In this document: piece after piece, positions 35,077-44,129 of the stretch
Layout of the letters: each line of letters starts with the position of its first letter
Position numbering within the stretch: position 1 is the first letter of the stretch
DNA from: a bacterium
Lineage (GTDB): Bacteria; Patescibacteriota; Minisyncoccia; CAYZDR01
Direction: 5' to 3'
Assembly: GCA_043806975.1 (NCBI GenBank)
Contig: JAZDGL010000069.1
Span: 1 to 61,656 of the forward strand
DNA length: 61,656 bases
Position numbers and translations under genes: made by a program
Notes under the pieces: generated by a model
The model's input: the letters and a program-made list of their open reading frames with translations, nothing else
What the model was told of the DNA's origin: nothing
Database searches by the model: none

Positions 35077-37093
35077 AGCAGGCAAAAATAAAATTATTTT
35101 CGGCTCAGATTTGGCAGATGGGATAGAAAAAGCGGTTAGCGAAGCAGCAAGTTTTTTAGAGAAAAACCAGCTGGACGATGGGAGTTTTTTAAGTTTTTCT
35201 TCGGAAGATCTTGGTGATTTTTCAAAGGTTAAAGAGTATCATTCAATTTTTTCTTCAAGTTTAATTTTATCAAGTTTGGCGGCTGTAAAAACGCGTGGAT
35301 TTGCGAAAAAAAAGATTATCGGGCGGGTAAAAAAGGGAATTGCTAATTTTTTACTTTCTCAAAAAAGTGATTGCTGGTCTTTTAATTATTGGAAAAGGGA
35401 TTCGGAAGAATCAGGGGGGATGCCTTATCCCGATGATTTAGATGATACATTTTGCGCTTTATCGGCGCTTTTTTTGTGCAAATCTAGTATTTTTGGCGGA
35501 GATGTTTTAGCTAAAATTGTCGCGCTTCTTGCTTCGACGGAGAAAAAAGAAGGCGGTCCGTATCAGACATGGTTAGTTTGTGGTAACGCTGATCCTGTGT
35601 GGAAAGATGTTGATTTGGCTGTAAATAGCAATGTTGCTTATTTTCTTTCTTTGCAGGAAGTAGAATTGCCTAATTTGGAAAATTTTGTTGAAAAAGCGAT
35701 AATGGTAGATAAGTTAATTTCGCCGTATTATCCAAATTTTTATCCGCTGGTATATTTTATTTCTAGATTTTATAAGGGGAGGCTAAAAAATAGGCTTATT
35801 GATTTTATACTTTTAAATCGGAAAAATGGAATTTGGGAAAATTCTCTTTATACTTCTTTGGCTATTTCGGCGCTTTTGAATTTAGGATATTCTTTTGGCA
35901 AACTTAAAGAGGCGGTTGAATATTTATTAAGCTGCCAGCAAAACGGGGGATGGGGAGCTTGCGCTTTTTGCCTTGATCCTGCTATTGGCGGGAAGGTTTT
36001 TTATTGCGGTTCAGATGCTTTGACAACGGCTTTTTGTGTGGAAGCGCTGGAAAAATATAAAGAAAAAATAAATTTAGAAAAAAAACAGGCAGGGGCGTTT
36101 GTAGGCGAAATTTTAAATCGAAAACTTGAAGAGCAGCTGAAAATTCAAAGTTTAATTATTGAAAAATATCGGGAAAAATTTTCTTATTTAGGCGAAGATT
36201 TAAACAAGCAATCTGAAATAGCGCTTAAAAAAATTTTGAAAATTGATGAACGGGATCGTCAAATAACTTTGTTGCCCTATCTTTTTAAAAAGTCTTTAAA
36301 GCGCGGCAATGAGATTTCTAGCGATTTGGCAATTCAGCTTGGTTTCGCTAATTTGCTAGGGTGGACTGCTTATACAATTTATGATGATTTTCTTGATTTA
36401 GAGGGCGATTCTAAAATGCTTTCTGTGGCGAATGTTGCGTTAAGAGAGCTTGCTTTGATTTTTGGCAGTTTAGATATAAGCGGGGTTAAAGATTTTTTTA
36501 CGAAAATTATGGATAAAATAGATTCTGCGAACGGACAGGAAGTTTCTAAATGCAAACTGGAAAATTTTGTTTTTTCTGAAAGGGAAAATGTATTTGGCGA
36601 TTATTCAATTTTGGCTGAAAAATCACTGGGTCATTGTTTGGGGTGTGTTGCTATTCTTCTAAAATTAGGGTTCAAAGAAAATTCTTCTGAGATAAAAAAA
36701 CTTATGGATTTTTTTAGCCATTTTTTGATTGCTCGCCAGCTTCATGATGATGCGCATGATTGGGAAGATGATTTAAGGCGAGGTTATGTGAATTCGGCAA
36801 GTGCTTTAACTTTAAATGAAGCTGGTAAGGCGCGAGGTAAAAAAGAAAATCAGAAAAAAATTGATTTAAAGAAAGATTTAAAACATTTGCAAGAAATTTT
36901 TTGGGAAAATACGATTATTCAAATTTGTAAATTGGTTTTAGCGCACCTAAAAGAAGCGGAGATTTGTTTAAGCGAGCTTACCTGTCTTGAAGATATTTCA
37001 ATATTTAAGGATTTTTTGGCAAATTTGAAAAATTCTGCTAAAAAAACATTGCGCCAGCAGAAGGATGTAAAAAATTTTTTGAATAATTTTTAA
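35060..37093 (+). CDS. two-domain terpene-synthase-like protein (class II cyclase-like N-domain plus squalene/phytoene-synthase-like C-domain)
   Basis: DDLDDT (DxDDT) at 35432-35449. QW-like repeats (FLEKNQLDDGSF, AVEYLLSCQQNGGWG). DDFLD at 36383-36397. HDDAHDWEDDLRRGY at 36743-36787. The GTG start overlaps the HK stop by 17 nt. Confidence 0.6.
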   Translation: MRKKNKAGKNKIIFGSDLADGIEKAVSEAASFLEKNQLDDGSFLSFSSEDLGDFSKVKEYHSIFSSSLILSSLAAVKTRGFAKKKIIGRVKKGIANFLLSQKSDCWSFNYWKRDSEESGGMPYPDDLDDTFCALSALFLCKSSIFGGDVLAKIVALLASTEKKEGGPYQTWLVCGNADPVWKDVDLAVNSNVAYFLSLQEVELPNLENFVEKAIMVDKLISPYYPNFYPLVYFISRFYKGRLKNRLIDFILLNRKNGIWENSLYTSLAISALLNLGYSFGKLKEAVEYLLSCQQNGGWGACAFCLDPAIGGKVFYCGSDALTTAFCVEALEKYKEKINLEKKQAGAFVGEILNRKLEEQLKIQSLIIEKYREKFSYLGEDLNKQSEIALKKILKIDERDRQITLLPYLFKKSLKRGNEISSDLAIQLGFANLLGWTAYTIYDDFLDLEGDSKMLSVANVALRELALIFGSLDISGVKDFFTKIMDKIDSANGQEVSKCKLENFVFSERENVFGDYSILAEKSLGHCLGCVAILLKLGFKENSSEIKKLMDFFSHFLIARQLHDDAHDWEDDLRRGYVNSASALTLNEAGKARGKKENQKKIDLKKDLKHLQEIFWENTIIQICKLVLAHLKEAEICLSELTCLEDISIFKDFLANLKNSAKKTLRQQKDVKNFLNNF

Positions 37094-37110
37094 AAATAGT
37101 ATTGGTAGGG

Positions 37111-37141
37111 GCGGGAGATGTTTTTGCATCCCCGCTTTTTT
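37111..37141 (+). terminator. rho-independent terminator
   Basis: GCGGGAGATG-tttttg-CATCCCCGC (9 bp, 1 bulge) followed by TTTTTT. Confidence 0.75.
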
Positions 37142-37170
37142 ATGTTTAGAAAACTAGCGCAAATAAAAAT

Positions 37171-37199
37171 TTGTCGGAAATGCAAATGTTTGATAGTAT
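37171..37199 (+). promoter_or_regulatory. sigma-70-type promoter placing the TSS at or next to the alaS ATG
   Basis: TTGTCG, 17-nt spacer, TAGTAT. Only 6 nt (ATTAGT) separate the -10 box from the ATG at 37206, and there is no SD. Confidence 0.5.
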
Positions 37200-37205
37200 A
37201 TTAGT

Positions 37206-39278
37206 ATGATAACGGCGAAAGAGCTTAGACAAAAATATATTGATTTTTTTAAGGAAAAAGGGCATAAAGCAATCCCCTCGGCTTCTTTAATCCCAGAAAA
37301 TGATCCAACTGTGCTTTTTACAACAGCTGGAATGCACCCGCTGGTTCCTTATTTATTGGGACAGCCGCATCCAGAGGGCAAGCGAATTGTTGACGCGCAA
37401 AAATGCGTTCGCACAGGGGACATTGAAGATGTTGGGGATAACCGTCATCTTACTTTTTTTGAAATGCTGGGGAACTGGTCGTTTGGGGATTATTTTAAAG
37501 AAGATGCGATCCAGTGGAGTTGGGAATTTTTAACTGGAAAAAAATGGCTGGGGCTTGACCCAAAAAGACTGTATATCACTGTCTTTAAAGGCGATGGTGA
37601 AATTCCCCGCGATGATGAGGTAGTTAAAATTTGGCAGGATCAGTTTAAAAAGTTTGGAATTTTTGCTGGCGTTGCTAATGATAATGCAGTTTGGGGGAGT
37701 GAGGATGTGAGGATTTTTGTTTTGCCAAAAAAGGATAATTTTTGGGAAATGGGAGGCGAGAATGGTCCGTGCGGACCTTGCACGGAAATTTTTTATGATG
37801 TTTTTCCTGAAAAGGGCTGGGAGAACAAAAATTTCGATGAGCTTACCTGCGAGTTTAGGTTTATAGAAATTTGGAATAATGTTTTTATGTTGTATAATAA
37901 AGCTGGCGCAGGAACATATGAGCCGCTTTTGCAAAAAAATGTTGATACGGGAATGGGTGTTGAGAGGACGGTTGCAATTTTAAATGGAGCAAAAAATGTT
38001 TTTGAAACGGAATTATTCGCGCCGATTATTAAGAGAATTAAGGGGATGGAAAATCCCCCTCAATCCCCCTTTGCAAAGGGGGAAAACGAAGGAGATTCTT
38101 TCCTAACCTCTTCTTTATCAAGGGAGAGAGAGGAAGAAAATCTCCCTGCCTCTTTTGCAAAGGGGGAAACGGAACACCCCCTCCAACTCCCCCTCCGGGA
38201 GGGGGAGAGAAAGAAGGAATGCCTCCTTCCTGAAGAGGAGAGAAGGAAGGGAGAAGTGGAAAAGTCTGAGCGAATTATCGCTGATCATATTAAAGCGGCA
38301 GTAATGATTTTGGCGGACGATAAAAAAATAGTTCCATCTAATGTTGAACGGGGGTATGTTTTGCGACGGCTGATCCGCCGCGCTGTTAGATATGGGAAAA
38401 TTTTGGGGATTGAAGGAAATTTTATGGCGCAAATCGCGGAGGCGGTTGTGGATATGTATAAAGAAACATATCTAGAAGTTGGAAAAAATAAGGACTTTAT
38501 TTTTAGAGAGCTGGAAAAAGAGGAGGATAAATTTGGGAAAACTTTGGGTAGGGGGCTTATAATGCTTGAAAAAACTGTGAAAGAATTAGATAAAAATACA
38601 ATGGCCGCGTTTAAAAAACATGGAGAAAAAGTTTATGAACCGAAAATTTCGGGAAAAATTGTGTTTGATTTGTATCAAACTTATGGTTTTCCACCTGAAT
38701 TAACGGAGGAGGAGCTGGCTGAATATACTTGGACATATGATAAAGAAGAATTTCAACAAGAGCTTAAAAAACATCAAGATCTTTCTCGCACCGCTTCTGC
38801 TGGAATGTTTAAATCAGGGCTTGCGGATAACTCAGAAGCTACAACGAAACTTCACACAGCTACTCATCTTCTTCAAGCGGCTTTGAGAGAAATTTTAGGA
38901 GTAAAAGTTGAGCAAAGAGGAAGTAATATCACCCCTGAAAGATTGCGTTTTGATTTTTCTCATTTTGAAAAAATGTCTTCTTCACAAATTAAGCAAGCTG
39001 AAAATTGGGTTAATGATAAAATTCAAAAAAATCTTGCTGTTATTTGTGAGGAAATGTCTCCAGAAAAAGCAAAAGAAAGCGGCGCGCTGGGGCTTTTTGA
39101 CGCAAAATACGGCAATCTAGTGACAGTTTTTACAATAAAAGATGGAGAAAAAATAATTTCTCGTGAAATTTGCAAAGGTCCGCATATAGAGGAAACGGGG
39201 GTTCTTGGAAAATTTAAAATTGTGAAAGAAGAAGCATCTTCGCAAGGAGTAAGAAGAATTAAAGCAGTTTTGGAATAA
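37206..39278 (+). CDS. alaS: alanine--tRNA ligase (short form) carrying an in-frame repeat insertion
   Basis: ELRQKYIDFFKEKGHKAIPSASLIP, FTTAGMHPLVPY, VDTGMGVERT, RGYVLRRLIRRA, editing-domain HxxxH (HTATHLLQ). About 73 extra codons lie between IIKRIKG and ERIIADH. Confidence 0.92.
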   Translation: MITAKELRQKYIDFFKEKGHKAIPSASLIPENDPTVLFTTAGMHPLVPYLLGQPHPEGKRIVDAQKCVRTGDIEDVGDNRHLTFFEMLGNWSFGDYFKEDAIQWSWEFLTGKKWLGLDPKRLYITVFKGDGEIPRDDEVVKIWQDQFKKFGIFAGVANDNAVWGSEDVRIFVLPKKDNFWEMGGENGPCGPCTEIFYDVFPEKGWENKNFDELTCEFRFIEIWNNVFMLYNKAGAGTYEPLLQKNVDTGMGVERTVAILNGAKNVFETELFAPIIKRIKGMENPPQSPFAKGENEGDSFLTSSLSREREEENLPASFAKGETEHPLQLPLREGERKKECLLPEEERRKGEVEKSERIIADHIKAAVMILADDKKIVPSNVERGYVLRRLIRRAVRYGKILGIEGNFMAQIAEAVVDMYKETYLEVGKNKDFIFRELEKEEDKFGKTLGRGLIMLEKTVKELDKNTMAAFKKHGEKVYEPKISGKIVFDLYQTYGFPPELTEEELAEYTWTYDKEEFQQELKKHQDLSRTASAGMFKSGLADNSEATTKLHTATHLLQAALREILGVKVEQRGSNITPERLRFDFSHFEKMSSSQIKQAENWVNDKIQKNLAVICEEMSPEKAKESGALGLFDAKYGNLVTVFTIKDGEKIISREICKGPHIEETGVLGKFKIVKEEASSQGVRRIKAVLE
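38046..38264 (+). repeat. GC-rich hairpin array inserted in frame inside alaS
   Basis: CCCCCTTTGCAAAGGGGG (38065-38082), GGAGATTCTTTCC...GGAAGAAAATCTCC, CTCCCCCTCCGGGAGGGGGAG (38187-38207), CCTTCCT...AGGAAGG. 219 nt = 73 codons with no stop. Confidence 0.8.
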
Positions 39279-39358
39279 GAAAATCATTTAATCGGGGAAA
39301 CAAGAATTTAAAAAAATTGGCAAGCGGCTGTAAAAAATAATTAAAACAAAAAAACAAA

Positions 39359-40564
39359 ATGTTTTGGAGGACAAAGAGGGGGGCAAATTGTCTTGCGGTG
39401 GATTTGGGAACGGAGTATATTAAAGCTCTTGTTTTTTCTGTTGACGAAGAAAAAATTGACATAAAATCAAAATTTAAAGTTAAGCGCGAGGTGAAAAATT
39501 TGGGAGCAAATGAAATTATTAAAATTTTGAAAGACTTAATTTATCGGGCAGAGAAAAAAAGTTCTGCAAAAATTTCTTCTTTAACAATTGGATTTTCTGG
39601 AAATTTTTTAAAAGGAAATATCACTGCTTATTCTTATTGCCGTCCTAACCCGCAGGATGAGATTATTATTTCTGAAATTGAAAATATAATTCAAAAGTCG
39701 CAGTGGAAAGCTTTGGATATTTTGAGAAAAGATTTTTTTTCTAGCGCTGATTTTGATTTTTTAAAGATAGTGGATGCGCAAGTATTGCGGATTATTTTGG
39801 ATAAAAAAGATGTTGAAAGTCCGATAGGCGGACAGGGGGAAAATTTAGTTTTGGAAATTGCGAATTCCGCGACTTCCAAAGAAAATTATGATATAATTAA
39901 AAAAGTAGCAAGCGATTTAAAAATTGAATCAAAAATAGTTTCTTTGCCTTGCGCGGTTGCAAATCTTATTAAGACCGAGGGAAGTATGGAAACAGATGCT
40001 TTAATTATTGATGCTGGTTCTAGCGCTACCGTTGTTTCGGTTTTAAAAAATGGTTTAATTTGTTTTTCGGAGTCATTTCCGCTGGGCGGCGAGGCTTTTT
40101 CTAAAAAGATTTCTGAAATTTTTTCTATTCCTGCAAGCAGCGCGGAAAAAATTAAAATAAAATATGCGGGTGGAAATTTAAGCGGCGGAGTAAACTTTAA
40201 GCTCAGGAGTATTCTAAAAGAAGATGCAAGAATTTGGTCTAAGGCGATAAAAATTGCGCTGGAAAAGTTCTTAAAATTTCAAATTTTTCATCCATCCGCA
40301 ATTTATTTGCTGGGCGGCGCATCGCAGCTTCCAGAAGTTAAAGAGGCTGTCCAAATAATGGCAGGAGACTTTAAAAATCGTTATGTTCCTGTTGTGGCTT
40401 TGTCGGGAGAGATTTTTTATAGTAAAATTAAAAATAGCGGAGAGGTTCAATTAGGAGTTGACGATGTGGCTTGTTTTGGGCTTGCAAGCCTTGCCTTAAA
40501 TAAACATAATGGATTTATTGAACAAACTCTCAAAAGAGCTAATAGAATTATCCAAGAAGGATAA
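39359..40564 (+). CDS. actin-like ATPase of the FtsA/PilM family
   Basis: LAVDLGTEYIKALVF (phosphate 1), LIIDAGSSATVVSV, GGEAFSKKISE, IYLLGGASQLPEV. Confidence 0.65.
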   Translation: MFWRTKRGANCLAVDLGTEYIKALVFSVDEEKIDIKSKFKVKREVKNLGANEIIKILKDLIYRAEKKSSAKISSLTIGFSGNFLKGNITAYSYCRPNPQDEIIISEIENIIQKSQWKALDILRKDFFSSADFDFLKIVDAQVLRIILDKKDVESPIGGQGENLVLEIANSATSKENYDIIKKVASDLKIESKIVSLPCAVANLIKTEGSMETDALIIDAGSSATVVSVLKNGLICFSESFPLGGEAFSKKISEIFSIPASSAEKIKIKYAGGNLSGGVNFKLRSILKEDARIWSKAIKIALEKFLKFQIFHPSAIYLLGGASQLPEVKEAVQIMAGDFKNRYVPVVALSGEIFYSKIKNSGEVQLGVDDVACFGLASLALNKHNGFIEQTLKRANRIIQEG

Positions 40565-40580
40565 AAAAGTATAAAAATCT

Positions 40581-42155
40581 ATGGCAGGGAATTTATTTCA
40601 AACAATATATGTTTCTGCGGAAGAGGGAGTATCCGCGATAATTGAGAAAATTTTGGCGACAAAAGTTCCCAAGATATTTTTAGCTGTTCCAAAAAAAGCT
40701 TTGCTTTTTTCTAGTCCGATAAATTTAAGGATTTTAAAAGAAGAAGCAGATAAGCGGGGAGTTTTATTAACAATTGTTACTTCTGATCAGACTGGTCAAT
40801 TATTGGCGCAAAGAAGCGGTATTGAGACGGCAGAAACTTTGCTGAATAAAAAAGTTGACAATATGCAAAAGAAAAAGCCGAGAATTTGGATGTCGCGAGG
40901 AGAAAAGGATAAAGAAAACTCTTTTCAACAAATTTCGCGCTCAGAATCTTCTTCTTTTGCGCAAAATTTTCAAGAGGCGGGTCAAGTAAAAAAGAAAAGT
41001 TTGAAAAATAAGTTTATTTTTGCTGCATGTTTTATGGTGATTTCTTTGGCGTTATTTTTTGCTTTTTTCAATCTTCCGTTTGCGAATGTGCTTATTTCTT
41101 GCCAAGTTCAGCCATTCCAAAAAGAGCTGGATTTATATATTAAAGCGGCAGAAAATGTTGCGATATTAGATCAAAAAAATGTTATTTTAGGAAGAGTTTT
41201 GGAAGAAGAAAAAAAGATTGCGCAAAACTTTTCTGTTACTGGGCAGAGAGAAATAGAAAAATATGCCGAAGGAGAAATTGAAATTATCAATGAATGGGAT
41301 TCTTCCAGCCAAACTTTTGTTAAGGGAACAAAATTGGTTTCTGACGATGGAAAGATATTCTCTTTGGCGCAAGCGACGACGATACCCGGGTTTAGCCGTT
41401 CTGGGGGGCAAGATTTAGCGGGGAAGGCAATGGCAAAGGTTATTGCTCAAAAACCAGGAATAAGCTATAATATAAATGTGCAGAAGCTGCATTTTAGCGC
41501 GTTTAAAGAAACTAGCAAATATGAAAAGGTTTTCGCGAATCTTACAAATGGCGCTTCAGGCGGAGAATTGGGGAAAGAAACCGTTGTTTCACAGGAGGAC
41601 ATTGAAAAAGGCAAAGAATTTTTCGCTTCTCAAATTAAGAATAATTTGAGCCAAGATTTTTTTGAATTGGAAAACGGGCAGATTTTAGTTGAGAATTCAG
41701 ATAACTTTCAAATTTCTAATTTGCAAATTGGAGCAAAATTGGGAGATGCGGTAAAGCAATTTGAAATAACTGCGAATTTGCATAGGCGGGCATGGGTTGT
41801 CGATGAAGAGCGGCTGGGGAGCTTTTTAAAAGAGGCTTTGTCTTCTGAAATTGGGGAAAACGATTTTCAGATAGATAAAAATACTGAAATTGTCTTTTTG
41901 GAAAATTCAAAAGATTATTGCAAAGCTAAGTTGAAAGTTTCTGGCATTATTTCTAAAAATATATCTTCCGAAGAGGTTAAGGGAAGACTTTTGGGGAAAG
42001 ATAGGCAGGAAGCGGAGAAATTGCTTGGGGAACTGTCTTCTGTGAGTGGTTTTTCGCTTAAATTTTGGCCTTTTTGGTCAAAAAAGGTGCCTGCTAACGG
42101 CGAGAGAGTAAACATTTTTCTTGACAGAAATAATTATTTTAGTATAATAAATTAG
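40581..42155 (+). CDS. hypothetical single-pass membrane protein
   Basis: 524-aa ORF with one TM segment (FIFAACFMVISLALFFAFF). No recognisable motif. It follows the FtsA-like gene by 16 nt. Confidence 0.6.
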   Translation: MAGNLFQTIYVSAEEGVSAIIEKILATKVPKIFLAVPKKALLFSSPINLRILKEEADKRGVLLTIVTSDQTGQLLAQRSGIETAETLLNKKVDNMQKKKPRIWMSRGEKDKENSFQQISRSESSSFAQNFQEAGQVKKKSLKNKFIFAACFMVISLALFFAFFNLPFANVLISCQVQPFQKELDLYIKAAENVAILDQKNVILGRVLEEEKKIAQNFSVTGQREIEKYAEGEIEIINEWDSSSQTFVKGTKLVSDDGKIFSLAQATTIPGFSRSGGQDLAGKAMAKVIAQKPGISYNINVQKLHFSAFKETSKYEKVFANLTNGASGGELGKETVVSQEDIEKGKEFFASQIKNNLSQDFFELENGQILVENSDNFQISNLQIGAKLGDAVKQFEITANLHRRAWVVDEERLGSFLKEALSSEIGENDFQIDKNTEIVFLENSKDYCKAKLKVSGIISKNISSEEVKGRLLGKDRQEAEKLLGELSSVSGFSLKFWPFWSKKVPANGERVNIFLDRNNYFSIIN

Positions 42156-42173
42156 TCTGATGTTAAAATAAAT

Positions 42174-42398
42174 ATGAATAGCGAATCTCATAAGGATGTA
42201 ATCAAAGCCAAAGGGGTTGTGCTGGAAAATTTGCCAAGCACAATTTTTAAGGTAAAATTAGAAAATGATCAAGAAATTCTTGCCCATATTTCTGGAAGAA
42301 TGCGAATGAACTATATCAAATTGTTGCCGGGGGACAAGGTGATAATAGAAATGAGTCCTTACGATCTCACAAGAGGAAGAATAACCCAAAGATTATAA
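42174..42398 (+). CDS. infA: translation initiation factor IF-1
   Basis: S1-like fold: [57 protein letters not shown]. Confidence 0.95.
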   Translation: MNSESHKDVIKAKGVVLENLPSTIFKVKLENDQEILAHISGRMRMNYIKLLPGDKVIIEMSPYDLTRGRITQRL

Positions 42399-42465
42399 TT
42401 TTTTAGCGGTGGAAGGAATAGGGGCAGGAACAATAAAATTAAGCAAAGATTTTAAAAATAATATT

Positions 42466-42579
42466 ATGAAAGTTAGAGCATCAGTAAAAAAAATCTGCAA
42501 CAAGTGCAAAGTGATTAGACGAAAAGGACGATTGCGAGTGATCTGTGAAACTGCGAAACATAAGCAAAGACAAGGGTAA
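42466..42579 (+). CDS. rpmJ: 50S ribosomal protein L36 (absent from the ORF track)
   Basis: [37 protein letters not shown], 37 aa, lying between infA and rpsM as usual. Confidence 0.95.
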   Translation: MKVRASVKKICNKCKVIRRKGRLRVICETAKHKQRQG

Positions 42580-42602
42580 GTAAATTTTAATAATAATTAA
42601 AT

Positions 42603-42992
42603 ATGGCAAGATTAATAGGGGTTGAAATCCCTGATAAAAAAAGAATAGAAACCTCTTTAACCTATATATTTGGAATAGGGGCGACTAAAAGCGCGCAAAT
42701 TTTGAAAGAAGCCGGTATCGATCCAAGCAGAAGAACCCGCACCTTAAATTCAAGCGAGCTTGATACTCTTAGAAAAGTTATTGAAAAAACTACTTCCGTT
42801 GAAGGGGATTTAAGAAAAATCACTTTTTTAAATATTAAAAGATTAAAAGATATAAATTGTTATCGCGGGATTAGGCATCAAAAGCATCTTCCTGCAAGAG
42901 GTCAAAGGACGAAGACTAATTCTAGAACCGTTAGGGGTAATACTAGATTATCCGCTGGAAGCGGAAGAAAGCCTTCTGGACAAAAAACCTAA
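42603..42992 (+). CDS. rpsM: 30S ribosomal protein S13
   Basis: MARLIGVEIPDKKRIETSLTYIFGIG...YRGIRHQKHLPARGQRTKTNSRT. Confidence 0.97.
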   Translation: MARLIGVEIPDKKRIETSLTYIFGIGATKSAQILKEAGIDPSRRTRTLNSSELDTLRKVIEKTTSVEGDLRKITFLNIKRLKDINCYRGIRHQKHLPARGQRTKTNSRTVRGNTRLSAGSGRKPSGQKT

Positions 42993-43011
42993 ACAGTAAA
43001 CTATTTATTTT

Positions 43012-43443
43012 ATGGGAAAGAAAACTATCAAAACAATTAGCCAAGATGCGAATGAGTTAAAGCTTTCATCTAGCGGTTCAAAAAAGAACAAGAAGAAGGT
43101 TATAGTTGGATGCGCGCATGTAAATTCATCTTATAATAATACAATGGTTTCTTTGTCAGACACTAATGGCGAGATTATTAGCTGGTCATCTGCGGGATCT
43201 TTGGGGTTCAAAGGCGCTAAAAAAGCCACTCCTTATGCCGCAGGGTTAGTTGCTAAAAATGCAGCCGAAAAAGCCAAAAAGAGCGGACTTAAAGAAATTT
43301 TTGTTTTAATTAAGGGTATTGGGACAGGAAGAGAGTCGGCAGTAAGATCGCTGGCAGCTTCTGGACTTCAAATTAATTCAATTAAAGATGTGACGCCAAT
43401 TCCTCACAATGGATGCAGGCCGCCTAAGGTTAGGAGAGTATAA
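43012..43443 (+). CDS. rpsK: 30S ribosomal protein S11
   Basis: GCAHVNSSYNNTMVSLSDTNGEIISWSSAGSLGFKGAKKATPYAA...TPIPHNGCRPPKVRR. Confidence 0.97.
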   Translation: MGKKTIKTISQDANELKLSSSGSKKNKKKVIVGCAHVNSSYNNTMVSLSDTNGEIISWSSAGSLGFKGAKKATPYAAGLVAKNAAEKAKKSGLKEIFVLIKGIGTGRESAVRSLAASGLQINSIKDVTPIPHNGCRPPKVRRV

Positions 43444-43445
43444 GT

Positions 43446-44081
43446 ATGGCAAAAATGCTACCAGCAAAATGTGTTAAATGCAGAAGGGAAAAAGAGAAGC
43501 TTTTTTTGAAGGGCGATAGGTGTTTTACGGCTAAATGCGCTATGGTGAAAAAGCCTTATGCGCCGGGAATGCACGGAAAGCAAATGAGCAGAAATTCTTC
43601 TGAATTTGGAAAGCAGTTAAGAGAAAAGCAAAAAGTTAAAAAAATTTATTCAGTGCTTGAAAAGCAATTTAAAAATTATTATAAAGAAGCTAGCCGCAAA
43701 AAAGGTGTTACTGGCGAGATGATGTTAAAAAGCTTGGAAAGAAGGTTGGACAATGTGATTTTCAGAATTGGGGTTGCTAAATCTAGAGCGGCAGCGAGGC
43801 AGATCGTAAACCATGGGCATATTCAAGTGGAAAAAAATGGAGTTAAAAGAACAGTGAATATCCCTTCATTTGGAGTAAAAAGCGGAGACAAGATTTATCT
43901 AAAAGAAAGCAGTCTGAAAAAAGGAATTTTTAAGAATTTAGATTTAAAGAAAGTTCAGCTTCCGTCATGGATTAGCCTTAATCCAACAGAAAAAGTGGCG
44001 CAAATTGTTTCCGAGCCTAGTATGGAAGATATAAATGTTAATGCGGATATGCAGTTAATCGTGGAACATTACGCTAGATAA
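43446..44081 (+). CDS. rpsD: 30S ribosomal protein S4
   Basis: Zinc-finger-like CVKCRREKEKLFLKGDRCFTAKC, the S4 domain LERRLDNVIFRIGVAKSRAAARQIVNHGHI. Confidence 0.95.
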   Translation: MAKMLPAKCVKCRREKEKLFLKGDRCFTAKCAMVKKPYAPGMHGKQMSRNSSEFGKQLREKQKVKKIYSVLEKQFKNYYKEASRKKGVTGEMMLKSLERRLDNVIFRIGVAKSRAAARQIVNHGHIQVEKNGVKRTVNIPSFGVKSGDKIYLKESSLKKGIFKNLDLKKVQLPSWISLNPTEKVAQIVSEPSMEDINVNADMQLIVEHYAR

Positions 44082-44129
44082 AAAGTAATTTTGCTCGGTG
44101 CTTACAAGCGGGCAAAAGGGAGAAAAATA

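Noticed and set aside
38118-38432. Minus-strand ORF 38118..38432 crosses the alaS insertion. Repeat-crossing ORFs also occur at 1975..2178, 21790..22038, 27354..27615 and 46104..46503.
   Set aside because: These ORFs stay open only because palindromic or repeat DNA tends to lack stops in both orientations. Their peptides are repeat-derived low complexity.
42417-42438. AATAGGGGCAGGAACAATAAAA upstream of rpmJ nearly matches AATAGGGGGGAGGAACAATAAAA at 61624-61646, which lies directly before an ATG at 61647 at the window edge.
   Set aside because: There are only two copies, and the shared part is purine-rich and SD-like. The second gene is cut off after 10 nt, so no functional link can be tested here. 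It may be coincidence or a shared RBS context.
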